In this document: positions 1 to 14,792 of the stretch, piece after piece
Layout: the number at the start of each line of letters is the position of its first letter
Position numbering within the stretch: position 1 is the stretch's first letter
Source of the DNA: Octopus vulgaris
Taxonomy: Eukaryota
Assembly (NCBI GenBank): GCA_951406725.2
Contig: OX597832.1
Span: 9,486,001 to 9,550,000 of the forward strand
DNA length: 64,000 nucleotides
Direction of reading: 5' to 3'
Notes under the pieces: model-generated
Seen by the model: the letters and a program-made list of their open reading frames with translations, nothing else
Database searches by the model: none
Told to the model about the DNA's origin: nothing
Made by a program: the position numbers and the translations under genes

Positions 1-20
1 CACGTATGCATATATATGCA

Positions 21-79
<59 letters not shown>

Positions 80-604
80 GTATATATGTACCTATGTATA
101 TGCATACACACACACATATGTTTACGTAAGTATAGTAATAGTAATAATAATCCATGTATGGAATTCATAAATGCTTTAATTCGTCGCTCAGATTCTTTCC
201 TCATATCTCCTGTTTCTTGTGATCATAATCCCTATTCCTGAAATAATTACAGAACAATACGTACTTTCCATGGACATCGGATGGATTGTAGTGTATGCGT
301 TCATTTCATCAGGCGATATAGCATTAAACTACAATAATCGAATATGTAAGTGAAGATGTTTAGCAATGTTCATTGCGGTATGGGGGTAGTTTGTATATAT
401 TTGTTTGGGAAGAATAGATATTGATGGAAAGAGAGAACCGTATGGTAATAATAAATCGGAGAGAGGAGTGTGTGATGATGCTAGCCTAATTTTGATATTT
501 GTGATGTACAGATTGACAGTATAGTTCATTTCTTTGATCTTAGTCACAGCAGACACTCCTGCAGTATAAACGTGTATACATACACACATACGTACGTACA
601 TACA

Positions 605-640
<36 letters not shown>

Positions 641-667
641 CACGCACACACCCTCACATATATATAT

Positions 668-870
668 AGGGGGGAGAATTCCCAAAAAAACAAAAGACGA
701 ATACATGTGGTGTAGACAACAAACAGATGTATTAGTTTAACGCTCGGGAAGTGGAAAAGTCTTTAATGTTTCGAGCTTACGCTCTTCCACAGAAAATAAT
801 ACAGAAGGAAACAGAGAGAGAAAATAAAGAATGAGTAGTGGCTAGTGATTTATTATGGCGAATTCCAGAC
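668..870 (-). mobile_element. Penelope-like terminal-repeat fragment with degenerate minimal hammerhead (761-796)
   Basis: Minus strand TTTT-CTGTGGA-A-GAGC-GTAA-GCTC-GAAA-CA-TT-AAAG; homologous to copies at ~27030, ~44290, ~50911 and ~51590. Confidence 0.55.
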
Positions 871-3180
871 AGAAGAGTCACACAGGAGCGCTAGGAAGAA
901 GAGGAGATAATGAAGTAATGGTGATCACAAAACAAAGGTGCGCGTGGGTTTGCATAAGAGAGTATGTATGTGCGTGATGAAGAGGGCCTCCTCATTTTCG
1001 AGGGAAGCCAGTGTGTTAAAACATGCCATTGGATTCTGCATATTAAACCTATTTTTGTATCACTCTTACTTATCACAATGAAGGGGCAGTTTTATGATAT
1101 CCAAGCAGTAAGTCACAGCAGATCAGTATATTGGTGAGAGTTAACTGGTTCCTCGCACACTTTTTAATTTCGCAGTTTTTCAGTAATTTCAAACGTGTTT
1201 GTGTGTGCTGAGTGACATCATTCTCTGTCATATGAACGGGTTTTTCTGCAGTAGCTAATTTCCGGTTTATGGCATAAATGTGCTGTTTTCAAGGGTTCTA
1301 ATTTAAATATTGTCGCTTTAGCGTTTTTATCGAGGCCCAACTAGATATATCGCAATGTCGTCAGAAATCTTTTTCTTATTATAGCTCAATGGCATTCCAT
1401 TTTTGCCAAATTTCATGGAAAATTAAAATCATATGTGTAAAAGACGTAATTGATTGATTCGTTGCATATTCTGTAGATCATTCGTGTCACTTAACAGCTT
1501 ATTTCAGTGAACGGCTATGAAGCAATATAAAGCTTTTGATAGGGAATCGCTTCGTAAAATGCCTCATTTTCTTTCACTGGCATCAGCGTTTGCAGTATTT
1601 GCCTCTGAATTCAATGTTAGAGTTTTAATTTCAGAGCTTTACAATATTTAATAGAAAACCACTAATAACCGTAGCGATATTGTGGATCTCCCAATATTTC
1701 TCAATGTATTTATAGTGTAAGATCTTCATGGCTTTTTATTCAAATCATGCAATGGAAATTTTATTGTATCATTCACGACAGTTCTCTACCATCATTTTAT
1801 TGATAAAAAGCCGATTTTTACACCCTTACAAGATTCTTTTACAAACTTTTTTAGCAATATAATCTCAACCATCGTAAAAATATCAATGTATTCAGTAATA
1901 ATGGTTATAAAGTTTTATTAGACTCATAACATTTGGGCAGTAAGTTATTATTGGCCAAGGAGGGATTTTATCCTAGGGTCAGGTATGCAGGTTTCTGACA
2001 AATAGTTTAATCACACATCAGAACTTGGGTAAGCATTAAGTCAGAAATGATGGCTCTTTCAGTTGATTTCCATTTGCTCTATTTTTTCATTGCAGTTCTA
2101 AATTATATATATCTGAGATATTTTTGTCATATTTTCGCTTTGATATAGAATCTTTGCCTTGAAGAGGAATCCGGGCTAAGTCATGACTGTGTTCTGGATT
2201 CCACCAGATTGATTTCCGAAATTTTTCTACTTTCTCCTCGTTGGATGCGTCTTCAAAATTTATTAAATTTTTTTTTGTAGGAGATTTTAAGTATCTATAA
2301 ACGCATAGAGCTATTTTTGAAGTGATTCTCTGTTTTTTCTCTCTCTTAGGTTATATACCATTTTCTGCTCTGGCTTAGATCATTTCTTCCACTTTCTTTC
2401 GATTATTTTGGTTTCAGTACCGCATGTTCTCTTTTTCAGTTTCTTAGATTTTAGGACTATATTATTTTCTTTGCCCTTGATAAGCTTGAGTTTTTTAACA
2501 TCAGTTTTCTGTCATTCCTAATTTTTACTTGTCATGCTGGATTCATTCTCTACATGTTCAACTTTTGCTTTCATTTGCTTTTTTCTTTCATTGAATACTT
2601 CTCCGTATAGTGATTATTGACACTGCGCTAGAAACTGGAAAATTCAGTGAGGTAAAATCTACTTCAATTTCACACAAGATTGGTAACATGTCTGAAGTGG
2701 AGAGATATTTTGCAGCATTGTTTACTCAAGCATTTTGACGAACGTCTTCTTGTACACGCTGTGGGGTTACCATATTAATTTACAAAATTTCGTTACGATA
2801 GTACTGTGAACATCAGCCAAATAATTGTCATCAGGATTTAGTCTATTGATAGATTTCTTCCTCCAGTTAAAGTATATCCGTTCTTTATAAGAACTGCGCC
2901 ATGGAAAGCACACTATGGTATTATACGCTTTTAGAACATTCTTGTTTTATGCAAGACCATTTTCCTGCAGCATCTGATAAAGATGATGTGCATGAAGGAA
3001 CATTGGAATTAACGTATTGATGGGAGCCTTCATTCCTGCGTTTTGGAAAGTGACTCTTTTCGACCCCGAATTACCTAGAATTTGAGAGAATCACGTTCCT
3101 TGTATTTGAGGGCGACAAATAATCCACTATGCATTTTCATCACGGTGAAATTCCTGTACTTATGAGTATTGCTTAATTTT

Positions 3181-3194
3181 GACGATGGTGATAT

Positions 3195-3246
<52 letters not shown>

Positions 3247-3318
3247 GATGATGATGATGATGATGATGATGACGATGATGATGATGATGATGATGAGGCT
3301 GATGATGATGATGATGAC

Positions 3319-3407
<89 letters not shown>

Positions 3408-3429
3408 GGATGATGATGATGATGATGAC

Positions 3430-3465
<36 letters not shown>
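3181..3465. repeat. (GAT)n microsatellite
   Basis: Near-pure GAT run; source of the poly-D/M/S/I ORFs. Confidence 0.97.
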
Positions 3466-3595
3466 ATTAATAATAACAATAAAAATAAAATTGGATGAGA
3501 GGCAGCGATTTGGCAGAATTGTTAGCGCGCATAATAAAATGGTTATCTCCATTGCATTCATTTTACCGTGAATCAATTATGTGCCTGTAAGAGAA

Positions 3596-3832
<237 letters not shown>

Positions 3833-4862
3833 ACACTCATTATGATATTTTTGAGTTGAGTTGAATTTATTCATTAATAATAACAATACCTACAGCTAAG
3901 ATCAGTTTTATGTAAGTGAATGACTTGAGGTAAAGAAATTTACTGCCTCACGTTTGAATACATTTGGGTTTATTATATTTGTTTACAGGAACATGAACTA
4001 ATATAAAACTTCCGAATTTCATATGTCAAATATTTTAACAAACAATACACATATTTATTTTCTAAAGTAATAACTTTTTATAGGAAAAACTATGATTTAA
4101 TTATTAATCCTCGTGAAGTTTGAAGACAGCTAAGTTTTGATTGAGACATATTTAGAAAATCGCATTTATGTCAAGTTTAACAATTCCATCAAAAATTAAT
4201 ATTCACTCTTTGAATAGTATTTGTCAAAATTGTCATAAACCAAAGTTTTATTACATACAACTTACTTTCATAACGCATAAGTTAACATAGGCATCAAACT
4301 TAAACAAAATATCGTAAAAACAAAGTAAAATGAATAGTTGAAGATATTTCTTATAGTTTTAAAGTTTCGAATTCTATAGTAATTGTTAAGTCATTTCGAC
4401 TCATTTAACATACAATGTACGTGAAAAATGCAGACAGAGAGAGCATGAAAATAATTCAATTAATTATCTTTAATTTATTATCAATGTTATTTAATCGTAT
4501 TACAATTATACTTTTGAAAACACTGAAACAGAAAATATGATGTACAACTCCATTGTATTTGATATGAATTACGTTTCATCTGAATCATTAATCAAATATA
4601 TAGATGAGGTGACACCAGACAATAACACTACTTTATTCAAACTGATTTTAAATAACTATTCTTCAACTTGTAACAGTAAATACTTTCGTCATTATAATAC
4701 ACAAACTAGGACAACTGATTTTAAATACGCGGTTCAGTCGTATCATGAAATGAAATCCCTGCTGCATGCTTTGGGTAGTCTACAGAAATTCTTTCCGTTT
4801 GCAAACCCAAATATGCTTCTCACTTCATGCTTAACGGTATAGAGCCTCGTACAAATACAATA

Positions 4863-5398
4863 TTGGTTTGTCCGGAAAGATCATGTCGATTTTTAAACGA
4901 AAGAAAAAGGTCAATAAATACATGCGATGACATTTTTAATCAACCACATATGGACCATTTTGTTGCACAATGCGTCTCCATCTTTCCTTAAACTTGAAAA
5001 TACACTCTTCTCACAATTGAGGTGGTTTCATGGCAAATAATTCATCAAGGTATCTTTTTACGTCATCCAAAGAATTGAAAGTTTTACCATTAAGATTATA
5101 CTGCAGAGACCTGAATAAGTGGAAATATCTGGTGAATATGGAGGGTGGGGTAACACATCCCAGCCGAGCTGCAGCAATTTTTGTCTGGTTCCCAAAGCAT
5201 CAAGTGCCGAAAATGAACTTTCTTATCTTCCATTTTAAAGAGTTACAGAATTAACACAGTTTATACGAAGATAAATCTTCTTCCACAGTGTTCTAAATGG
5301 AGGTGTAGTAAAATCCTATTTTATGGACTTAAACATTTTCTAAAATAAGTAGAAATGTAAGCTACTATAAATCGGCACTAACTTCCCGGAAAACCCAA
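4863..5398 (-). mobile_element. Internally deleted mariner element
   Basis: Imperfect ~30-bp TIRs (TTGGTTTGTCCGGAAAG... / ...CTTCCCGGAAAACCCAA), each flanked by TA; minus strand encodes the transposase C-terminus LGWDVLPHPPYSPD..FHLFRSLQYNLNGKTF...ERWRRIVQQNGPY. Confidence 0.85.
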
Positions 5399-5596
5399 TA
5401 TTTGAAGATTCAATGAACAATTAATTGAAGAATCTATGTGTTCTATATTCTTATCCTGATATTCAGATATCAGTGTTAATCTAAATATAGATTTTAATAC
5501 ATATATCATAAAATCTGAGCGGACCTAAAAGCAAATGAAATTTGATCTATAAGAAAGACTGTTATTTGTAGCTTTTATATATATGTATATATATAT

Positions 5597-5771
5597 AGGA
5601 GTGACTGTGTGGTAAGTAGCTTACTTACTAACCACATGGTTTCGGGTTCAGTCCCACTATGTGGCATCTTGAGCAAATGTCTTCTACTATAGCGGGCCGA
5701 CCAAAGCCTTGTGAGTGGATTTGGTAGACGGAAACTGAAAGAAGCTCGTCGTATATATGTATACATACATA

Positions 5772-5857
<86 letters not shown>

Positions 5858-6086
5858 TGTGTATACGTTTGTGCGTCTGTGTTTGGTTCCCCCAAATATC
5901 GCTTGACAACCGATGCTGGTGTGTATACGTGCCCGTTACTTAGCGGTTCGGGAACAGAGACCGATAGAATAAGTACTAGGCTTACAAAGAATAAGTCCTG
6001 GGGTCGATTTGCTCGACTAAAAGGCGGTGCTCCAGCATGTCCACAGTCAAATGACTGAAACAAGTAAAAGAGTAAAGAGTAAAGAG
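5597..6086 (+). mobile_element. tRNA-derived SINE family A (CORE-like centre, internal microsatellite)
   Basis: A-box-like TGACTGTGTGG, B-box GGTTCAGTCCC, tail GAAACAAGTAAAAGAG; about 10 copies in the window. Confidence 0.85.
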
Positions 6087-6101
6087 ATATGTATATATAT
6101 A

Positions 6102-6500
6102 GGCGCAGGAGTGGCTGTGTGGTAAGTAGCTTGCTAACCAACCACATGGTTCCGGGTCCAGTCCCACTGTGTGGCATCTTGGGCAACTGTCTTCTGCTAT
6201 AGCCCCGGGCCGACCAATGCCTTGTGAGTGGATTTGGTAGACGGAAACTGAAAGAAGCCTGTCGTATATATGTATGTATATATGTATGTGTTTGTGTGTC
6301 TGTATTTGCCATCCTAGTATTGCTTGACAACCGATGCTAGTGTGTTTAGGTCCCCGTCACTTAGCGGTTCGGCAAAAGAGACCGATAGAATAAGTACTAG
6401 GCTTACAAAGAATAAGTCCGGGGGTCAATTTGCTCGACTAAAGGCGGTGCTCCAGCATGGCCACAGTCAAATTACAGAAACAAGTAAAAAAGTAAAGAGT
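6102..6500 (+). mobile_element. SINE family A copy (tandem with previous)
   Basis: Starts GGCGCAGGAGTGGCTGTGTGG; full-length match to the family. Confidence 0.85.
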
Positions 6501-6516
6501 AAATATATATATATAG

Positions 6517-6550
<34 letters not shown>

Positions 6551-6556
6551 ACTCTT

Positions 6557-6603
<47 letters not shown>

Positions 6604-8270
6604 CTCAGCCACATGTTTTAGTATCAGGGTGTTCAGACACAACTATCACACCGCTCATTACACTCTGCAATCTATAACTAGATCGTTCCATTCTAAAACC
6701 ATCTCCATCCGTTCCACGTTATCGTTGTTCTGTCTTTGGTTACTTATACGTGATCCAGATTTCATTTCACCCATTTCCAATTATGAGTGACTGCGTCACA
6801 ATAATGTACGGAAACGTTGTAGTTGTCATTGCCTGGTCATTATCGACATTTCGCATTACAGCCTAATGTTCCAGGAAGGACTCATTCATTGTATTTTAGC
6901 AGAGGGCCACGTTTTGACAGACCTATAACTTTTACATAAGATATCCGTTTGCCCACCAGCAACTGAGGGAAATAAATACTTTCCTAGAAATATATCATCA
7001 TAAATACATATTAATTTAATCTTCGACAATATCTAATCTCATCGTCAATAAACATTGCTGAGATTACATTTGTGCTGTTATATATAAATGTAATAACGAG
7101 TAAAACAGTACGATTATTATATAAGTATTTCTACTTGAAACCTAGCTACACATATCAGTATATACGCCCATATACATACATATATATATATACATTTATA
7201 TTTATATTCATTTTTATTTATATATACATACATACACGCACACACGTATATATATATATATGTGGATATCTGACACTAGATCTATAAATATATATATATA
7301 TATATATTGAGAACAGGTACCCAGTACTTAAACATATAAAGATTTATTTTGAGCCATATTGTTGAGAATTGTTGCTGTTGGCGGATAATATGGAGAGTTT
7401 AAAATTACAGCCACTTGACCAATAAACATCGCCACTTGAACACCAGTACAATTCAATCCATACTGCTACACACACATGTACTCACTAATTCTCAACACCC
7501 TTTCTGTACGCTATAGAAAACTTGCTTCTCATCAAAAATTTTACCGTTGTATCCTCTGTTTTGCCTATTCCTCATGAAACGGCACAACACATTATTATAC
7601 TTCATATTTTCTCTACACCTCTATATATCATATATCTGTATATACACAGGAATTGAACAGAGAACATGTGCATAAGACATGTTCATAAATACTACCTTTA
7701 CATACGCATAAAAATGGCACAGTCGCTTACTATAAAACTCTCTAGATATGCCCCAAATAATATTCAATAACACAATTTACACACTCGAACAGCACACTCG
7801 TAAACAATGCGAATATGTACACTTCTCTTATGAATTAAGTATTTAAAACTTCTATAATGCTTCCTTACATATCATGTGTGTGTGTACTTGTGTATGCAAA
7901 GGAATGCGTGTGAATGTATCAAGATATTCGAATGAGTATTATGTGTGTGTATATTAGTGACATTATGGGTGGTCCTCGAATGATATTCCTATTCTTTTTT
8001 CAATCAGTCTTGCGTAGAAACACAACAGTTTATACTGCTTTTCTACGCACCTAAGTGCAGCATATGTATTGAATTTAACAAACCTAGACCTGCATCTCCA
8101 TGTTTAAATCCTCCTTTTTGTGTTCGTTACTCTCCTCCTTTTTTTCCATCATTTTCATATATATATTTGGCTATTCATTCCTGTCATATAAACTTTTTTA
8201 TCATCATGGCCAGTCAAAATTCGGAGAGAACATATATATGAAACATTTATGCTTCCTTTCTTTTAACTCT

Positions 8271-8679
8271 CTCTTTTCTCTTTTACTCTTTTACTTGTTT
8301 CAGTCATTTGACTGCGGCCATGCTGGAGCACCGCCTTTAGTCGACCAAATCGACCCCGGGACTTATTCTTTGTAAGCCCAGTACTTATTCTATCGGTCTC
8401 TTTTGCCAAACCGCTAAGTGACGGGGACGTAAACACACCAGCATCGGTTGTCAAGCGATGCTAGGGGGAAAACACACACCCAAACACATACACATACACA
8501 CACACATATATATATACATATATCCGACAGGCTTCTTTCAGTTTCCGTCTACCAAATCCACTCACAAGGCATTGGTAGGCCCAGGGATATAGCAGAAGAC
8601 ACTTGCCCAAGATGCCACGCAGTGGGACTGAACCCGGAACCATGTGGTTGGTTAGCAAGCTACTTACAACACAGTCACT
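8271..8679 (-). mobile_element. SINE family A copy
   Basis: Reverse complement of the family sequence, near full length. Confidence 0.85.
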
Positions 8680-8922
8680 TTTCTTTTTTATTTCCTTGCA
8701 TTTCCTTCATTTTATAGTAACGTTTTTCTCAACTTGTATTTACCTACTGACAACGCTTCATTAATATTCTCCATATATGGTAATTGTAGTGACTGTCACA
8801 AGCGAGATCTGCTAAACATATTTATTGTCTGTGAATATAAAGAAACTAATTACTATTTATACTTTGGTGATTTAACCTGACATGATATGTTTTGAAGCGT
8901 TGTCTGTTCTATGTGTAACAGT

Positions 8923-8978
<56 letters not shown>

Positions 8979-9242
8979 ATTTCGTTTTTAGATTTGGCTT
9001 GCAAGATTCTTTATATGAGTTCGTGTGTTGAAGCATATTCTGTTGTGTCTGGGGAGAGTCATTTTCTTTCTGTCCCTTAGAATGTAACACACTCACCGGT
9101 AAAATTTCCAATTATTTCATTTTTTTTTTCTAAAATTTTTCTTTGCTTCTTGCAACCTTTTCAATGGTCTTCACTCTGGCTCTCTCTCTTTGTTTCTCTC
9201 TCTATACAAATGAATATATACATACATATATATACATAAATG

Positions 9243-9273
<31 letters not shown>

Positions 9274-9769
9274 CATCATACACATATATATGTATGTATA
9301 CATATGTGTATGTTTATATATATATGTGTGTGTGTGTATATATATGTATATATATATATATAATAGTTATCGTCAAGCTAGCGTGGAAGTCTACAGAAAT
9401 AGGACGAATGTTGCCTTCATTAGCTCCAAGAGGCCATCAGTTCTAGCTAGCTATGTGACACAAACTTGTGTCCATTATGACCTTCGAACAGCTTCCGTTT
9501 CCGGTCTGGCATCCACAGACTAGTTTCGAGATATTGCCTTTTATCAATGTGGAGTAGCAAATGTGGTGTTGTGTACATATATGTATATGCGTATATGTGT
9601 ATTTTGGCGTATATTTCTGTCTTACATATATATGTATGTATATGTATGTAACTACGTGCATGCATGTTTGTATTGTGTCGTATATGTGTATATTATAGTT
9701 GGTTTAGTATGGGTATATACTGTTGTAAAATATTTATGAAATGCAGCTTGGAAATTTTAATTTTAATGT

Positions 9770-10135
9770 TAATGTATTAATTGACTTATATTTCTTATAT
9801 AATTACTTACAATATGTATTTCTAATCTACACTTCGATTTAAGGTTTTCTTCGATATTGTAATAGGATGAATTTATATTGAATTCATTTACTTTGTTCAT
9901 TGCATGCTTAAGACCGTTAATTGATAGGACCAATGAAACAAATCCATTTTTAATGATGTATCCTTTAACTAGTTTTGATTTCTGTTCCATTCTAACAAAA
10001 CTGTCCGACGACCTGGAGGGAACGTGAAACTCTGAGTCTCTGCTGTTTTTAAATAAAGTATATTACTCGACCTCTGTTATTGAGTACTCTTTTTTTCCAT
10101 CTTGTTTCACATTTACGTGCTTACACCGGTTTATA
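9770..10135 (+). mobile_element. Probable Penelope-like 3' fragment with degenerate hammerhead
   Basis: CCGACGA...GAAA-CTC-T-GAG-TC at ~10005-10038, then AATAAA and a T-rich tail ending in (TA)n. Confidence 0.35.
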
Positions 10136-10151
10136 TTATACATGCATACAA

Positions 10152-10250
<99 letters not shown>

Positions 10251-10299
10251 AAGAAAGATAGTTGGATAGATAGATAGATATGTACATATATATTCTTGT

Positions 10300-10475
10300 A
10301 TTCTTTTCTTTTTCAGTCATTTGACTGCGGCCAAACAGAACTAAACCAGGACCAGTTCTTTCTAATCCTAGTACTAATTCTATCGGTCTCTTTTTCCGAA
10401 CCATTAGTTCACGGGACGTAATCGCAGCAACATCGGTTGTCAAGGGATGACAAGGTGACAAATGAGATACAGAAA
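10300..10475 (-). mobile_element. SINE family A 3' fragment (diverged)
   Basis: TTTCAGTCATTTGACTGCGGCC...TCTATCGGTCTC...CATCGGTTGTCAAG. Confidence 0.7.
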
Positions 10476-10477
10476 TC

Positions 10478-10515
<38 letters not shown>

Positions 10516-10523
10516 CATACATA

Positions 10524-10638
<115 letters not shown>

Positions 10639-13621
10639 TATATATATATGCATTTATATATATGTATGTGTATATATATGTATACATATATGTGTGTGTG
10701 TGTATACATAGATACAGAGAGAGAGTGTGTGATAGAGAGAGAGAGAGAACACCGTAGGAAACATTGATTCTGAAAATGATGAAGTGAAGTATATGTATAA
10801 GTCATGTGTATGCGTGCATGCGCGTTATTAAATGAACAAGCACAAATCACGTTGCGTGCCGCGTGTTTAATTACTATTCTAGGAAAGGTTATTTCTATTG
10901 ACCTAGTTGACAGAGAACTAAATATAAACAAAGCTAGAGATTTGAATACTTACTTCTGAGGAGAACGTTTGCAGCCTCTACATGATGATATTTTTCAGGT
11001 GTAACGTTGCCCGTTAACTGTTTTGACGTTTACCTCATGCAGAGCGTTTTGTGCCTTAGAGGCTACCAACTGTTGCTCTCCTTTATTTTAATTTTCAAAA
11101 TTCCATTGACATTGTAAATTCCAATAATGTTAATGAAACTCACGCAGATGATGTTACAAAGAATAAAGGAAAAGTGTGCGCAAAATAACTGAATTCAGGA
11201 AGCAGCTTTTTGTTGAATATTTGGGGTCAGCCTTATTAAAAAGAATGAACAGATATGTATGTGTTGTCGGTTAAACGACAATTCAAACATCTAGTTAAAA
11301 ATAACATTTCCTTATTTTATTGTGTGAAACTCTTAACGAAATGCAAATGAGAGAACTCTCAGATATGACAAATGTGACATATAGTAATAAGCTGTGAATT
11401 AAATGACCGAACGATATATAAATCATTAGATGTGTTTAATATATTTGGCAGGACATTCTAAAGCGTGCAATGCCAGCAACACAGAGTTTGGTGCCACTAA
11501 TAGTCAGAAGCGTAAATAAATAATTTTTGTATGGGCAATCCTACATGGCCTAAGGAAATGTGTCTCACTCATTGACTCCCACATTGGATATTTCATTTGC
11601 GCTTACCCTGTAGATATTATCAGATTGATGTTGGTGAGAATATTGGGCGTGATCAGAGCTCTACACTGCAGGTCAGTGCACAGACAATGGTGTGGCAGTC
11701 TCGAGAATATTACATTAATGTTATGTACAAAATATAGATCATAATAGCAGTCTTCCTACGTATCATTAGAAACTACTGCTCACCAACAATGTAAGAACAT
11801 TTTAACATTATATTTGATTTAAAGACACGCAGATGTGACCTGCATAGAAACCCCATAGGTACATCAGTATATATTTATATGCTGAAACACCTTTTATTCT
11901 AGGAAGATATTAAATGGCATTACTAGAAGATTTATTTATCGTTTCTCAGAAAACATTTTTCAACAGAGCCGCAACTAAATTCAAATGGAATAATATCAAA
12001 CATTGTGTTTTGTATGAAGTTCTTTCGAATGGAATATTCACAGCTACAATTAGTAAAACGGTAGATAAAATAATATAGTTCAATTATCTGTTTAGTGGAA
12101 CTATGGCATTTTATGACTAATTAGGTAACACATTGAAAATCAATATATAACACAGGCCATTATCCACATCTCATTTTCATGTAGTCTTACTCGTGTCTTA
12201 GCGACCATGCTTTTTAAACAAGAATGAGCATTAGAAATATAGACTCAATCTAGTCTAGCATCACACAAATAGCTGCCAAAATAAATTCACCTCCCTAATG
12301 TGAGGCTTGATGGTTTTCCAACATGCACTTCTCTGTCCTGAATATAAGGAATGGTTACTACATGCAGTATGTTCATATTAACCTCTTCATGTACAGCGAT
12401 GTTAATCTCTATACCAGAGTCCCATTTCGTTGGAAGAAACCACTATTAGTGATTTTTTTTCTTTTAGAACAATCTAGACTAATCAGACTCACACACTAAT
12501 TTACGTCATTATGTTCATTTCAGACAAATAAAATCAGACATATGCCTTTGGAAATTTGTCTGACTGAAACAAATGCATTTTTGAGTTAAGAGATTTGAAA
12601 ATGACAGCGTAAAAATATATTGCAACAAATTAATATGAGAATCACAAATATTAACTTTTAACCAACTTACAACAGGAAAGCACATCTGCTGTTTGAGAAA
12701 AAAACCTCGTGTTATTTAATCAATGAAGGTTGTAAAATCCTGAACAGCAAATCAAAACTAACGAAAATAAGTCTGTCATAACTTTTTCTGAAATACTGCC
12801 AATACAAACAACAAGAAAATCAAACGAAACAAGAAAGAAAATGACAGTAGCGACAAAAACAAAATAAGAGAGAGAATGGAAATAAAAGTCATAATAATTG
12901 TTTGAGCAAATATATCATACAAAATAAAAGAAATGCAGACAGCAATTATTATGATGATAATATTAATATCAATAACAATAACAATAATAATACATTCTGT
13001 ATATAATTACAATTCCATTAATGATGAGTATGATGATAGTAATGTTGATGTTGAAAATGATTATGATGTTAGCAAAAATACTCGCCATCCAAATAAAAAG
13101 AGTTATACAGAAAAAAATAGATGATAAAATGTATAAGCTTATTTTTGATTGATGTATTAAAAAGAGACAGCAACGATTAAGAGAAGAATAGTTTGAGACA
13201 TGACAGCTAAAATGGATAGTTTAATTTAGTGCCTTGGTGAAAATTGTACTTGTTAAAATATTCGAAAGAGCGTCAAAAGTGAAATAGAGCTGTTTTCACA
13301 TAGAATCACTTTAATTGTTGCCAAGATTTTGACTGTGTTTGACACACTAAGTAATAAAACCGATGAGATACCTACAATGAATAAATCTGTTTTGATATCA
13401 GGAGAGAGAAAAAAATAAAGATAAAACTCAACGCTGGTCTTACTGGAATTTATACAGTATGTTTTTACTATGTTAATGTTATTTGTTTTATTATCTACTT
13501 GCATTTATGCCTTGTTTTATGTTTTTGCCATTAATGTGGTAGAGCTTCGTATACCATTTTTCATTTTAAAATTACGGCTCGTTCTTTGACTCTCGGTGCA
13601 TAGACTTATCAATGATAATGT

Positions 13622-13669
<48 letters not shown>

Positions 13670-13810
13670 AGAGAGAGATATATATACTTAGACAGATATA
13701 TAGAGAGATAGATCGATAGATACATGCACATGAATACACATATAAATACGTTTATAAATTTATGCATATATATGTAACGGTGTGTATATGTATGTATGTA
13801 TAAAAAAGAA

Positions 13811-13869
<59 letters not shown>

Positions 13870-13989
13870 TGTGAGTGTGTGTGTGTTTGTGTGTGATATT
13901 ATTTTGCAATCTATGTCATTATATTTCTGCATTAAAGTTATTTTCAGAAATTTTATTTTTTATATTTACTCAGTCCAGCTGATTCCCTG

Positions 13990-14020
<31 letters not shown>

Positions 14021-14204
14021 CACTTATATCCGTCTGTTCGGACAATGTTATATAATAAGGTTATTTATGATCTATAAATCCTAATGAAAGATAGTCTTTG
14101 GCATAATTTGAAAGTAATACGGATCAAGAGGTCGCATTGTAGACCGAGGACGTTTACGTTAACCGAATTTGTTTTGGATACTAAAATCACACTCCCTCAC
14201 CCAA

Positions 14205-14792
14205 ACCCCAACCATCCACCGTCACATGTGATCGGAGATACTTAAAAACACTGATCTCCTATAACATCTCACCATTTATACTCACATACATTCTATCTCT
14301 CGAAAATCTCATCATCTTACTTTTAGCTACATTCATTTTCAGTTTCCTCCTCTCACGTACTCTTCCAAAATCTACCACCATTTTCCTCTGTTGCTCTTCC
14401 GAATCCGTCGCCAATGCTGTATCGTCAGCAAACAGTGACTGACTCACCTGCCATTCCTCTCCATTTTCTCCAACAATTTGGTGTCCCTTCCCAAACGTTC
14501 TAGCATTTACTTCTCTCAACACACCAAGCACGGAAACACAACACAACCCTATTTTAGGCTACCTTCACATCAAAATACTCACTCACTTCACCACTCATTC
14601 TAACGCATGCCCGACTTTATAAAAGCTCTGAACTCCTCTCAACAATATACCATCTACCCCATACAACCGCAACGCCTGTCACATTGCATCTCTATCCACA
14701 CGTCATATCCGAACGTCCATAAAGACCCTCTCTTTTGCCAAAATCTTCTCACTCATCTGCCTTAGTACAAATATTTGATGCATACACCCCCT
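14205..14792 (-). mobile_element. RTE-clade LINE reverse transcriptase fragment (pseudogenised)
   Basis: QIFVLRQMSEK...EWQVSQSLFADDTAL...RRKLKMNVAKSKMM...FKYL; FADD catalytic motif; stops and frameshifts. Confidence 0.85.

Noticed and set aside
5575-6677. 251-aa and neighbouring ORFs
   Set aside because: Read-through of two SINE copies and (TA)n; the same peptides recur at every SINE copy
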